Below, one piece after another: positions 32,778-42,307 of a DNA stretch of 64,000 bases (positions within the stretch are counted from its first letter, which is position 1; every line of letters starts with the position of its first letter). Made by a program: the position numbers and the translations under genes. The notes beneath the pieces are model-generated. The model was not told the origin of the DNA, did not search any database, and saw only the letters and a list, made by a program, of their open reading frames with translations. The stretch comes from Gammaproteobacteria bacterium. GTDB lineage: Bacteria > Pseudomonadota > Gammaproteobacteria > UBA4575. Where the stretch lies: positions 288,001 through 352,000 of the forward strand of contig CBDCUI010000009.1 of assembly GCA_965222615.1 (NCBI GenBank). The letters are read 5' to 3'.

Positions 32778-32825
32778 GGTCATGTCCACTGTGGTTGAAA
32801 AGACAGCAGGAGGAACACATGACCT
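32777..32825. repeat. 49-nt hairpin directly after the tmRNA CCA (copy A)
   Basis: AGGTCATGT-N31-ACATGACCT followed by ATCATC; homologous to 36142-36190. Confidence 0.75.
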
Positions 32826-32869
32826 ATCATCCTATGTATGAAGTGTACTGAGCAAAGTGGACAAGTTAA

Positions 32870-33769
32870 TCAAGCGTTATCATACAACAATTCAGTTTGG
32901 TTTGGTGTTTGATAATTCAGTGTTTGATGTAAGCGTTTACGATTATAAAAGAGTTCCATATATTCAAAGATCGCACTCCTTGCTTCATCTTGGTTTTTAA
33001 AAGTTCGATGATGAATCAATTCGTTCTTTAAGTTAGCAAAAAAGCTCTCGGCTACCGCATTATCCTAACAATCTTTCTTGCGACTCATACTCGAAAGGAT
33101 GCCATGCGCTTCAAGTAAGACGCGATAAGATTGCATCGCATAGGTTGAACCTTGGTCGGTATGGTGAATCAACCCTGGCTTAGGCTGTCGATGCGTAATC
33201 GCCATGTTCAAACAATTTTCCACGAGTTTCCCATCGTTACGATTGGACATCGACCACCCCACGACTTTGCGTGAATATAGATCAATCAACACCGCAAGAT
33301 AGAGCCAACCTTGCCTTGTCGCGATAAAAGTCACATCACCTACCCAAACTTGATTGGGTTGATCGGTGACAAAGTTGCGTTGTAACTGATTGGGGGCAAT
33401 CCAGTGACGATGCTTGGAGCGCGTAGTAATAACGAATCGCTTACGACGCTTGGCATAAATATCATGTTCACGTCGAAGTCGTGCAACTCGATCACGACCA
33501 CAATTGATACCTTCTTGTTGCAGTTGTTTCCAGCATTTCAAGATGCCGTAGCATTCTTTAGATTGACCATGGATACGGCGGATATGGACCAATAAGCGTT
33601 TGTCTTCTTCATTGCGCAGACACGGCTTGCGGGTACACCAGGCATAATAACCGGACCGACTTATTTGCAAGTGACGACACATTGCAATAATTGGAAATTG
33701 CTTTCGGTGTTGATGGATATAAGCGTACTTTACTTCACTTCTTTGGCAAAGTACGCGGCGGCCTTTTTT
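32870..33769 (-). pseudogene. IS3 OrfB (DDE transposase) with in-frame TAG at 33065-33067
   Basis: WVGDVT, HHTDQGSTY, then SRKKDC*DNAVAESFF; the frame continues to TGA at 32870. Confidence 0.88.
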
Positions 33770-34029
33770 AAGATATCACGCTCCAACTTCACTTCGGCCA
33801 ATTCTTTACGAAGCTTTGCCATTTCATCACTTGGATCAATGGGCTTTCTTCCTGATCCACAAAAGGCCGCATCGCCTTTCTCTTTGAGCTGGCTTTGCCA
33901 TTTATAGAGTTGATTGCGACGTACACCGAGCTCTAGGGCTAAGTCATTTGGATTACGTTCACCTTCTTCTAATAAACGTACCGCTTCTATTTTAAATTCT
34001 TTTGTATACGTACTTCGTTTGGCCATCAT
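33730..34029 (-). CDS. IS3 OrfA (HTH transposase subunit)
   Basis: YTKEFKIEAVRL...ERDILKKAAAYFAKE; A-AAA-AAG slippery site at 33763-33769. Confidence 0.9.
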   Translation of the reverse strand: MMAKRSTYTKEFKIEAVRLLEEGERNPNDLALELGVRRNQLYKWQSQLKEKGDAAFCGSGRKPIDPSDEMAKLRKELAEVKLERDILKKAAAYFAKEVK

Positions 34030-34106
34030 GTCCTCCTCGGGTACTTGACCCTAGTTTATGATGTCCAGCTTTTTCAGTACACTTCAGAGCCCTTTTATAG
34101 ATAACT

Positions 34107-34116
34107 GCCTCCACCA
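34107..34116 (+). repeat. Duplicated tmRNA 3' end (att-like scar B)
   Basis: GCCTCCACCA identical to the last 10 nt of ssrA (11/12 if extended). Confidence 0.65.
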
Positions 34117-34352
34117 CATAGTAATTACTGCTACATCCCTACTCTATTTAAATTAAACATGAATTTGGCAGAGGGATGAAAGATCGAATGCACACTAAAA
34201 TACGTTAACTTATTGAGATTCTTAACATCACTCCATAAACTAGCTACACCAAAAACAATAAAAATAAAACCTACTCATCCATGATTAACATTGATCTGTT
34301 TGATTATATTTTGATCAACTCCTAGTTTCACAGTTATCCCTTTCATTTAGAG

Positions 34353-34376
34353 TCTGCCTCTGCCTCTGCCTCTACC
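34353..34376. repeat. Hexanucleotide tandem repeat (TCTGCC)3 TCTACC
   Basis: Read directly from the sequence. Confidence 0.7.
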
Positions 34377-34509
34377 TTTTCCCTGAAAAGTAGTGTGATA
34401 ACATCGCCCGTTGGGGGAAATCGATACAATTAGGCTTGCTCTCTGGTTTGTTTATCTTGAGCTTTTTATTAATTATCAGAACCGTAAATGTGTAATTACA
34501 TAGGGATAT

Positions 34510-35886
34510 TTGAAAATGACGAATGAATTAATCTCTCCACTTTCTGGACTTCGACGCCTTATCGAAACGAATCAGATGGAAGCATCCGATGTCGACTTTA
34601 TTAACGATAAGTCTTATGTCTGGTCACCACATAACAAAATCATCAACGTAACACCAGGTCCTGCCTTTGGGTCTGAATTGGTGACTCAATTTACATCTAA
34701 CCAAACAAGAGGCATGCGTGGTCCTGGTGTGGCGAAGTATTTTGCAACGGTTCGCAACGATTACGCAAAAATGGTGGATATGCAAGAAGGCGGTAGAGCT
34801 TTGTTCTACACCGGCTCAGGCACATCGGCTACTGAGGCAGCTGCAGGCTCATGTCGCACACCGGACGAAGTCGGTTCCGACAAAAAAGTCATCGTAACGT
34901 TAGAGATTGGCTGCTTTAGTAACGCCATGGGAAATTGCGTTGAAAACCTAGGCAGAGGTGTAATCCGTCTAGAAGGTGAACTTGGAGAAGACCTACCCTA
35001 TGCAAAGCTTAAAGAAGTCTTAGAGCAAGACACAGAACAAAACATCAAAATGGTGATGGCGCCGCATAACGAAACCGGTGCCGGCGTAACGACCGACCCT
35101 AAGAAGTTACGTGACCTACTAGATGAACTCAACCACCCTGCGCTACTTGTGATCGACGGCATTTCTTCCATTGGTTGCATGCCATGTTCGATGAAAGAAA
35201 TGGGCATCGACATGCTAATTGGATGTAGCCAAAAAGGTTTAATGGGTACACCCAGTATCGGCATGATTACTTTAAGTCCTAAAGCGGTGCAGAATATTCA
35301 AGAATCTGAACAACAGATAAAAGATGCAGGACTTAAGAAAGGCAATCACTATCTTAATCTTGGCAAAATGATTGAGGCCATGGATACCCTCGGTCTACAT
35401 ATCGAAACGCCAAGTAATTACTCACAATTTGCTGTGGCCTTAGATTCCATTGCGATTGAAGGCATCGATCGCGTTTGCGAGCGCCATAAAGAGTGTTCTG
35501 ATGTGTACCGCACCGCCGCTCAGGCTGCCGGCTTTGAACTGGTCGCAAAAGATCTGAATACGGCATCGAATGCAGTGACAGCCATTAAAGCACCGGAAGG
35601 TCATGGCGAGAAAGCCATTACTCAAGTACTAATGATCATGTTCTACAAACACGCCGTGGAAGCGGCCGCGATTCCGGGCTATCCTGATATGGGTTGGCGA
35701 CTATGTGCCACCGGCGGAATCCAACCGCAACATGCGTTGATGGCTTCCATCGCCTTTTTGAAATCAGCTGAGGAAGCTGGTTTACCGATTGATGCGGATA
35801 AAGGAATAGCAGCTGCATCTAAAAAGTATGCAGAGGTTGTTCAGTATCATCGCCCTCTTCCAGGAATAGATGTATACGGTAGGTAA
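34510..35886 (+). CDS. PLP-dependent class V aminotransferase (serine/alanine-glyoxylate or serine-pyruvate type); start may be ATG at 34516
   Basis: TPGP, GSGTSA.EA, HNETGAG, IDGISS, SQKGL (PLP lysine). Confidence 0.85.
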   Translation: MKMTNELISPLSGLRRLIETNQMEASDVDFINDKSYVWSPHNKIINVTPGPAFGSELVTQFTSNQTRGMRGPGVAKYFATVRNDYAKMVDMQEGGRALFYTGSGTSATEAAAGSCRTPDEVGSDKKVIVTLEIGCFSNAMGNCVENLGRGVIRLEGELGEDLPYAKLKEVLEQDTEQNIKMVMAPHNETGAGVTTDPKKLRDLLDELNHPALLVIDGISSIGCMPCSMKEMGIDMLIGCSQKGLMGTPSIGMITLSPKAVQNIQESEQQIKDAGLKKGNHYLNLGKMIEAMDTLGLHIETPSNYSQFAVALDSIAIEGIDRVCERHKECSDVYRTAAQAAGFELVAKDLNTASNAVTAIKAPEGHGEKAITQVLMIMFYKHAVEAAAIPGYPDMGWRLCATGGIQPQHALMASIAFLKSAEEAGLPIDADKGIAAASKKYAEVVQYHRPLPGIDVYGR

Positions 35887-35937
35887 GTCAGTCAAAAATA
35901 TTGAAGAAGTTTAAGGAAAGTCACTATTACATTAACT

Positions 35938-35968
35938 AAAGCCGAGGACGTATGTCTTGGGCTTTTTT
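35938..35968 (+). terminator. Rho-independent terminator after the aminotransferase
   Basis: AAAGCCGAGGAC-GTAT-GTCTTGGGC followed by TTTTTT. Confidence 0.7.
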
Positions 35969-36130
35969 AATTCGTGATAGTAAAAGCTATATGGATACTC
36001 TCATCCGAAGAGGTTTATAGTGATCTAACTACAGCCAAGATATTTAAAGGTACTATTAGGGGCACGTGATTTAGCTATATTTCATGTTATATAAGGAAAA
36101 CAATTAGTTACATTTTAAGTTAAGTATCTA

Positions 36131-36190
36131 CCGCCTCCACCAAGTCTCGTCTTGTATAGTTATTTAATGAGCAGGAGTACCACGAGACTT
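36131..36190 (+). repeat. Duplicated tmRNA 3' end (att-like scar C) + 49-nt hairpin (copy C)
   Basis: CCGCCTCCACCA (12/12 with ssrA end), then AAGTCTCGT-N31-ACGAGACTT and ATCATC. Confidence 0.8.
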
Positions 36191-36316
36191 ATCATCAATT
36201 TTACAAAATATAAAAATTACTTTCGAGTGAGGATATTCCATGCAAATTAATTTGTGAAGAAGCCATACAATTTACAACGATATAGTTTTAGTTAAAAAAT
36301 ATTAGCTTTTTAAAAT

Positions 36317-36778
36317 CTACCAACAATTGGCAGGTGTCTTGACACCATCTGAGTTATAGGTAAGTGCACCACAAGGGTCAGAAGCTTGAGGGCTCCCAGC
36401 GGGTGGTGTGCCCCGCAAAACATAACAGCGAGCAATTGGACAGCCAGCGGTGGGGGCATCGACTGACAAAGTATAGTAATCACCTTCGGTATTGGTTGGA
36501 AAATTAAGTCCAGTACTACCAAAAGATGTTGTATAGGTTTTGTTATTAAGAAAAAACTGTTCTTGTTGAGATGCTGCATCCGCTAGAGCGGTATGTGCTG
36601 TACTACGTCTCGTTTTTCTAGTCTGATCGGTGTACATGGGATATGCAACCGATGCGAGTATGGCAACAACTACTACTACAATCATCAGTTCGATTAGTGT
36701 AAGTCCTTTGTGTTTCGTTGAAATCGAGAAATCGCGAGCTAGCATGTTTTCATTTTCCTGTTTAACAGTATGTTTCAA
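36317..36778 (-). CDS. pilE: Type IV minor pilin PilE
   Basis: KGLTLIELMIVVVVVAILASVAYPMY; C-terminal DPCGALT...CW. Confidence 0.9.
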   Translation of the reverse strand: MKHTVKQENENMLARDFSISTKHKGLTLIELMIVVVVVAILASVAYPMYTDQTRKTRRSTAHTALADAASQQEQFFLNNKTYTTSFGSTGLNFPTNTEGDYYTLSVDAPTAGCPIARCYVLRGTPPAGSPQASDPCGALTYNSDGVKTPANCW

Positions 36779-36793
36779 ATTATATGCGCTTCT

Positions 36794-39700
36794 TTAATTG
36801 GTATATTCATGCCAATAGGTTTTAAAGCTATTTTTTCCTTCAGTCTTCATTATATTGTCAGTGGGCCCTCGGCCTTGCACTAATATATAACCATTACCAA
36901 TTATCACTGGTTGTGTTGGCAAACCGCCCGCAACAAGTTTTCCAGATCGTTCGAGCGTTTCAATGCCAGGTAAATCATTTGTTGTGTTAAAGTTAATTTT
37001 CGCGGTCGCATTTTGGACATCGACTGCATAAAGATAGCCTTCACCGTCGTTTAATGCACATGCTAATCCAACTGAAGGGACAAATGTTGTAAAGAATATT
37101 GTACCTCCCGCGGTTACTGCAGGTGATACATTTTTTTCGCCAGAAATGGTTAATTGAATTCTCCAGCCATTTGTTAAATCAGGTTGAGTACTACATGAAT
37201 CATTTTGTAAACAATTACTGGTTAAGTCCGCTAAGTCTGAGGGTTCATATAATGTAGTTGAAGGCGCTCCACTATTAATAGCACGGTCTTTAAACATATA
37301 GAACCAGTTTTCAGTAGCTGAAGCATTCGGATTTTCACGGTCACCACTTCCAATAATGATGCCGTCAAATGGGCCTATACTATCACGGCTTTGAATAATA
37401 TCTGGTAGGTTTATAAAACGTCGGTCGTTGGTAGTATCGTTGTTGCCAGTAAGATGTCTTCCTACAGATAAAACTTTATTAACTTGCCACAAAGATGGGT
37501 CCGTAGCATCAAAATTACTACCTACAAGATCTACTCGCCAGACTGCACCTCCTGTATCACCAGCATAAATCCTGTCTGTTATTCCATTTCCATTTGTATC
37601 AATTGCTGCAATATCAGCAGCGATACTGTCATTCAAATCAGGATGTGAATAACTTTTAGTACTAGAATTGTAACCTTGAGAGCCGCCTTTAACAGTTTTC
37701 CAGATTAGATCTCCCGTAAGCGCATTAACAATAAAGATCGCATTGCCTTCATCATCATTAGTACCTACTGGTTGTGGTGTAACTCGATTAGATTCATCCT
37801 TGCCTAAATCACCTTGATTATCACCATCATCATCTCCATTGTAACCGCCACCAAAAATTAATACTGGAAGCACATTCGTACCTACTGTTACCCTACCTAA
37901 CTGAGGTGTCGACCATGACTGTGCCAGTTCTGCAAAGTCAGTACCTGATGCACCTTTCATGATTGACCAGAGAAACTCTGGTGCATCAGGATCACTTATA
38001 TCTAATGCATAATAAGATTTTCCACCGCGCCGTAATCCAAAATAAGCATATACTTTGTCACCATCGGTGTGATCTAACGTCCCATCTTGGTTCACATCTA
38101 AGCGATAAGTAGTAATGTTGCCATCCACTGTGATGGGGTGAACTGGTGTGCCTGCTGTATTCGAATGCAAACGATCCATAACATCGAGAACTTCTCGAGG
38201 CATAATTGCCCACGTCTCTGATCCATCTTGTGCACCACCTGATGTAGTGTTTTTAAACATATGTAGAAAACCATCATTGGTACCCGCAAGAATTCGAATA
38301 TCTGGATTGGTTGCACTGAACCCTGATCTTGCGCCATAGTTGATGGGTTCAGGTCGAGAATGTAATGGGTCTCCTAACAACCAAGAACGCACTGTAGTGC
38401 CATCATCTTCCAGGCCACGAACAAAACGTAATATGTTGAGTGCTTTTTGTTGTTCGGCTGTAGTTGCTCCAGAATAAGTTGTGGAAGATGCTGCAGGATT
38501 CCAATTTGCAGTCAATTCTGTCCACAGGTTAGCCGCCGTTGTTGCATCTGCATTTAATTCCATTAGACCATCTGTGAGGTCAGTGACATCTTCTACAAAG
38601 AGTTGTCTTGCACCCGTGCTACTGTTTGTCTGCCCAGGATTACCCGAATCAATTCCAGGAATTTTTTGCCCTGCACCGCCTCTGCCTACTGAACGACCGT
38701 CTTTTCCTGCAACTTCATTATCAACGGGTGGAGGCAACGTTACAGCATTAGTCCAGTACGTGAGAGCATCATGTCGAATACGTCCATCCACATCGATCGC
38801 GTTCATACCTGTTACATCTTGCAACTCTCGTTTACCTGTTAATGAATTTTCACCAATCGTTAGCTTTTTAATATTGCCTTTCCACTGAGGAAATCCATTT
38901 TCTTCAGGTAAAAAGAGTGCTAAAAATACTTCATTGGCCGTTTCTGCACGATTAAATACATTTACAGGTACAGCAGGAGCTACGAATGTTGTGCTAACAC
39001 TCAAAATACTTTTAAAAATATTATTAAGTGTTGCGATTAATTCGTCTGGATCGCTACTTAAAGCAAGCGCATTACCTGTACCACCTGCATTAGCGTAGCC
39101 ATTAGTAGTTTGGTTAATTTTAGTTGGATCAACTATAAAATATGAAATAACATTCTGAAGACCCGCAATATCTGGCACTGTGCCAAAACTGCCATCACCC
39201 AAATCAGCATCTCTTAAATACCGTATTACTGTTTCAAACCTATTGTTTGTTCCACTTAAATTTATTCCTCCTAACCCACCATTTGCTGTACTTTCTGTAA
39301 TAGCACTATCAGAGTCATCCTCTTGATTGGATACTTGAAACATTAAATTAATGGTAAATATTTTGCTGCATGCCAAAACATTGGCTAATGGGCTTATATA
39401 AGTAGTTCCATTTTCAATACTCGTATCCCAACTAATTGAAGGATTATCAGTTGGTAAATTATCAATGTTGTTTGTGCCATAGTCTGTCCAACCGTTATGC
39501 GCGTTATAAACGTCTTGTCCAGTTAAGTATCTAAAGAACTCAAAAAATAACTCTTTACCTTGATAGCTATGCGCAACATTTCCAGAGGGAGTAGGAATTG
39601 CCGCAAGTTTTGTATGCAGTGCAGATTTAGCACCATTGGAATCGCTAGAATCAAAAGGAGTAAATCCACTTAATATATAACCCCCGTTACTACAACCTGT

Positions 39701-40132
39701 TTGAGAAGGTCCTTCACAGTTATTAATATGGTCATGATTAATCATGAATCCAACTCTTACACCAGTGAGTGGTTCAAATACTTTCTTAAATACACCCTGC
39801 AACACATCATAAAATGTATAAGGCCCAGTTGGAGGAAGATACCCTTCTGCAATTAACGTATCACATTCTGTGCCGTTGCATGCTGTTGCACCTAGATTAG
39901 ATCGATAATCTAAACTAAACATCACTAAAGGTTCTGCTCCACTAGGCACCGATGGATTTAGATATACGTCGGTATCATCTGCAAATCCTAAATTGCAAAC
40001 TAGAAGATAAATAAAAGCTATAAAAATAGTTTTAAACTTATATCGCTTATAATTAAGTGATATAAAATTTGTAAAGTTTGGTGTTAAATTGCTAAACATT
40101 TTGAATCCTTTCATTTGTTTTAGATTTAACAT
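36794..40132 (-). CDS. pilY1: PilY1/PilC-family pilus tip adhesin
   Basis: LLGDPLHSRP, NDGFLH, GLRRGG, QSWSTP, Ca-binding DTNGNGITD, beta-propeller-type C-terminus. Confidence 0.9.
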   Translation of the reverse strand: MLNLKQMKGFKMFSNLTPNFTNFISLNYKRYKFKTIFIAFIYLLVCNLGFADDTDVYLNPSVPSGAEPLVMFSLDYRSNLGATACNGTECDTLIAEGYLPPTGPYTFYDVLQGVFKKVFEPLTGVRVGFMINHDHINNCEGPSQTGCSNGGYILSGFTPFDSSDSNGAKSALHTKLAAIPTPSGNVAHSYQGKELFFEFFRYLTGQDVYNAHNGWTDYGTNNIDNLPTDNPSISWDTSIENGTTYISPLANVLACSKIFTINLMFQVSNQEDDSDSAITESTANGGLGGINLSGTNNRFETVIRYLRDADLGDGSFGTVPDIAGLQNVISYFIVDPTKINQTTNGYANAGGTGNALALSSDPDELIATLNNIFKSILSVSTTFVAPAVPVNVFNRAETANEVFLALFLPEENGFPQWKGNIKKLTIGENSLTGKRELQDVTGMNAIDVDGRIRHDALTYWTNAVTLPPPVDNEVAGKDGRSVGRGGAGQKIPGIDSGNPGQTNSSTGARQLFVEDVTDLTDGLMELNADATTAANLWTELTANWNPAASSTTYSGATTAEQQKALNILRFVRGLEDDGTTVRSWLLGDPLHSRPEPINYGARSGFSATNPDIRILAGTNDGFLHMFKNTTSGGAQDGSETWAIMPREVLDVMDRLHSNTAGTPVHPITVDGNITTYRLDVNQDGTLDHTDGDKVYAYFGLRRGGKSYYALDISDPDAPEFLWSIMKGASGTDFAELAQSWSTPQLGRVTVGTNVLPVLIFGGGYNGDDDGDNQGDLGKDESNRVTPQPVGTNDDEGNAIFIVNALTGDLIWKTVKGGSQGYNSSTKSYSHPDLNDSIAADIAAIDTNGNGITDRIYAGDTGGAVWRVDLVGSNFDATDPSLWQVNKVLSVGRHLTGNNDTTNDRRFINLPDIIQSRDSIGPFDGIIIGSGDRENPNASATENWFYMFKDRAINSGAPSTTLYEPSDLADLTSNCLQNDSCSTQPDLTNGWRIQLTISGEKNVSPAVTAGGTIFFTTFVPSVGLACALNDGEGYLYAVDVQNATAKINFNTTNDLPGIETLERSGKLVAGGLPTQPVIIGNGYILVQGRGPTDNIMKTEGKNSFKTYWHEYTN

Positions 40133-40608
40133 TTAGGGCCTAGTAATATGTATCCTAGGGACATTGCTGATCGCCCCATACCACTATTCGTTTTTTCCAC
40201 TTCTGTGTTGATATCGAAATGAAATGCCGAAAACGCTATTAAACTACTTGCATTACGTGCACGCGGCGGGTTTTGACAGTCTGCGATCCGTGTTGCAGAG
40301 GTATTAATGTAGTCTGGGGAAGTTACTGTAAATGCATTGCCTGTAGGTGTAATAGGACTCGCTTGGTTTAAAGGCCCCAGCATTGGTAAATTACTAGTAT
40401 CCGAAACTGTAAAATCAAGTGTGGCCTGTGCAGTTTGAAATGCATTAACAATAGATTCTTCGTTACCTGCAATACGTAATGACATTACACCACTGTTAAT
40501 TGCTGACAAGCTAATTACCGTAATACTAATTAAAATTATCAAAGCGATAATCAAGACAGTGCCACGTTGCTTGTCCTTTTTCACAATATCTTTTTTAATC
40601 GCATTCAT
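40126..40608 (-). CDS. pilX: Type IV minor pilin PilX
   Basis: QRGTVLIIALIIL (no Glu5), IAGN, AFQTA. Confidence 0.85.
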   Translation of the reverse strand: MNAIKKDIVKKDKQRGTVLIIALIILISITVISLSAINSGVMSLRIAGNEESIVNAFQTAQATLDFTVSDTSNLPMLGPLNQASPITPTGNAFTVTSPDYINTSATRIADCQNPPRARNASSLIAFSAFHFDINTEVEKTNSGMGRSAMSLGYILLGPKC

Positions 40609-41651
40609 TAATTTAAGAGTGCCAGGTTGGTTGGATTTCTTAATCCAATAGTGGTTGAAAGTACTTTGCGATAAAAATTATCGTTAAAGGCCGCATAAGT
40701 TACATCGCCTAACTGATATGTTTTTGAATTAGTATAGCTAGGGTCTTGAGTTGCACTTCGTATCAGCAAGTGAACCTTGGCGCTCACTACCTGCGTTAAT
40801 TCTGTAGCAGTAGGTGTAGACAAATATCGATTTGCATAACCATCATTATCTGAGTCAATTCCAAATTCTAAATGAAGATCTTCCACACCCTGTGCAATAC
40901 ACTGCGGCTCGTCAGTGTTACCCGTTTCGGTATTTCCTAAACTGCCACCTGCTAATAAAGACATACGGCATAATGCAGGAATTCCATCACCAGAGGTTTC
41001 AAAATGATTGCGGATAAAATATGCGCTAACGTTATAGTGCCAGTCTCCCTCCCCTGTTGCGGGAAGATTAGTTGAACTAGCAGTGTTTATAAAACTGCCG
41101 GCGGTTCCATTTGTCCGTAGATAAATTTCACCATTAACTAAATTACTGCCGCCAGTAGTAATAATTTCAGTAGTATCTGAATCTCCATCAATATCGTTTG
41201 TATCAATAAAAGTAGACGCAGTAGGAGAACCTTCCACGCGTTTTATTACCAGAACATCTGTATTTGCCACTCGATCAGTCGCTATACCTGGGCAAAGAGT
41301 GAAGGTTTCTGTCGAAGGACTTACATGGTAATTATTATATAGTATTGCTTCACTCGCATCTAATAGGTTGACTTCATCAGCACAGCTATTTACTGAAACG
41401 GCTAACGAAGTTGAAATAGTATCAGGGCTCAACATTTGTCCCCAAAAATCAGTCATAACTAAATCTTTAGTAATTTGTTTTAACGCGTAACGTGCGTTTT
41501 CTTGTAAATAGGAATGTTTTTCATCTTGTGCAATATTTTTAGAGGTTGTGATATACATTGCTAACACAGCACCCGTTGCAATTAAACTGAGCAACAGCGC
41601 AATCATCATTTCAACTAATGTAAAACCTTTAACTTTATTGCTTGCTTTCAT
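40608..41651 (-). CDS. pilW: Type IV minor pilin PilW
   Basis: KGFTLVEMMIA, LQENARYAL, GVEDLHLEFGID, TIGLRN. Confidence 0.88.
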   Translation of the reverse strand: MKASNKVKGFTLVEMMIALLLSLIATGAVLAMYITTSKNIAQDEKHSYLQENARYALKQITKDLVMTDFWGQMLSPDTISTSLAVSVNSCADEVNLLDASEAILYNNYHVSPSTETFTLCPGIATDRVANTDVLVIKRVEGSPTASTFIDTNDIDGDSDTTEIITTGGSNLVNGEIYLRTNGTAGSFINTASSTNLPATGEGDWHYNVSAYFIRNHFETSGDGIPALCRMSLLAGGSLGNTETGNTDEPQCIAQGVEDLHLEFGIDSDNDGYANRYLSTPTATELTQVVSAKVHLLIRSATQDPSYTNSKTYQLGDVTYAAFNDNFYRKVLSTTIGLRNPTNLALLN

Positions 41652-41673
41652 TTTTACCTATTCACAATGAACT

Positions 41674-42306
41674 TTAGATGGGTTCAGAAATAAATGTTTG
41701 AAGTACTAGCACCTGACGATAAACATCATCTTCAGTATCTGAATCATAAAAACCTGAACCTTGTCCGCATGTGCTTATTGTTGGATCGCTTAATTTAGTC
41801 AGCCCTTTCCATGCGATGGTTACGGTATAAGTACCAGAGCCACCCGCAGGACCAGTGATACAAGCAATTGGAGCAGTTAATCCACCCACATTACTGGTCG
41901 CCACTTGTTCTGAAACACCAAGAAGAGATTGTTCCCATTCAAATAAATCGAACTGAGCGATTTGATTTGGTGCGCATCCAGCTGAGCAAGTAATTGAAGT
42001 GATCGAACCATTTGGGGTTGGTGATACTTCAGTACCTGCGCCTAATACTCGTCCAACACTATTGTTTGTATAAACTGTCAGCTGATTAGGATTAGCACGC
42101 ATACGTTCCACAAGTTCTTGTAAATGAAGTGTGGCTATTTCACGTTGAGATGCTTCAAATATTGCACGCTTAGATTTAAGCTGTAGCCCTGCTACCCCTA
42201 GTGTTCCAACCGATAACACAAAGATAGTAATCATGACTTCTAGCATAGAAAAGCCAATTATTTTTTTTACACTATAATAATTCTTATTTGCGATTGGCAT
42301 CTTCAT
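41674..42306 (-). CDS. pilV: Type IV minor pilin PilV
   Basis: GFSMLEVMI...LGVAGLQ; ERMRAN; DLFEW. Confidence 0.88.
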   Translation of the reverse strand: MKMPIANKNYYSVKKIIGFSMLEVMITIFVLSVGTLGVAGLQLKSKRAIFEASQREIATLHLQELVERMRANPNQLTVYTNNSVGRVLGAGTEVSPTPNGSITSITCSAGCAPNQIAQFDLFEWEQSLLGVSEQVATSNVGGLTAPIACITGPAGGSGTYTVTIAWKGLTKLSDPTISTCGQGSGFYDSDTEDDVYRQVLVLQTFISEPI

Positions 42307-42307
42307 A

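Larger units (their letters stand above)
32839..34086 (-). mobile_element. IS3-family insertion sequence (1248 bp), inactivated
   Basis: 25-bp imperfect terminal IRs TGAAGTGTACTGAGCAAAGTGGACA / TGAAGTGTACTGAAAAAGCTGGACA; orfA + orfB; A6G frameshift motif. Confidence 0.92.

Noticed and set aside
32766-36196. Repeated CCTCCACCA units considered as a CRISPR array or integron attC array
   Set aside because: Spacing is kilobases and irregular, there are no cas or intI genes, and the hairpins lack RYYYAAC/GTTRRRY ends; tmRNA-derived att scars explain them better
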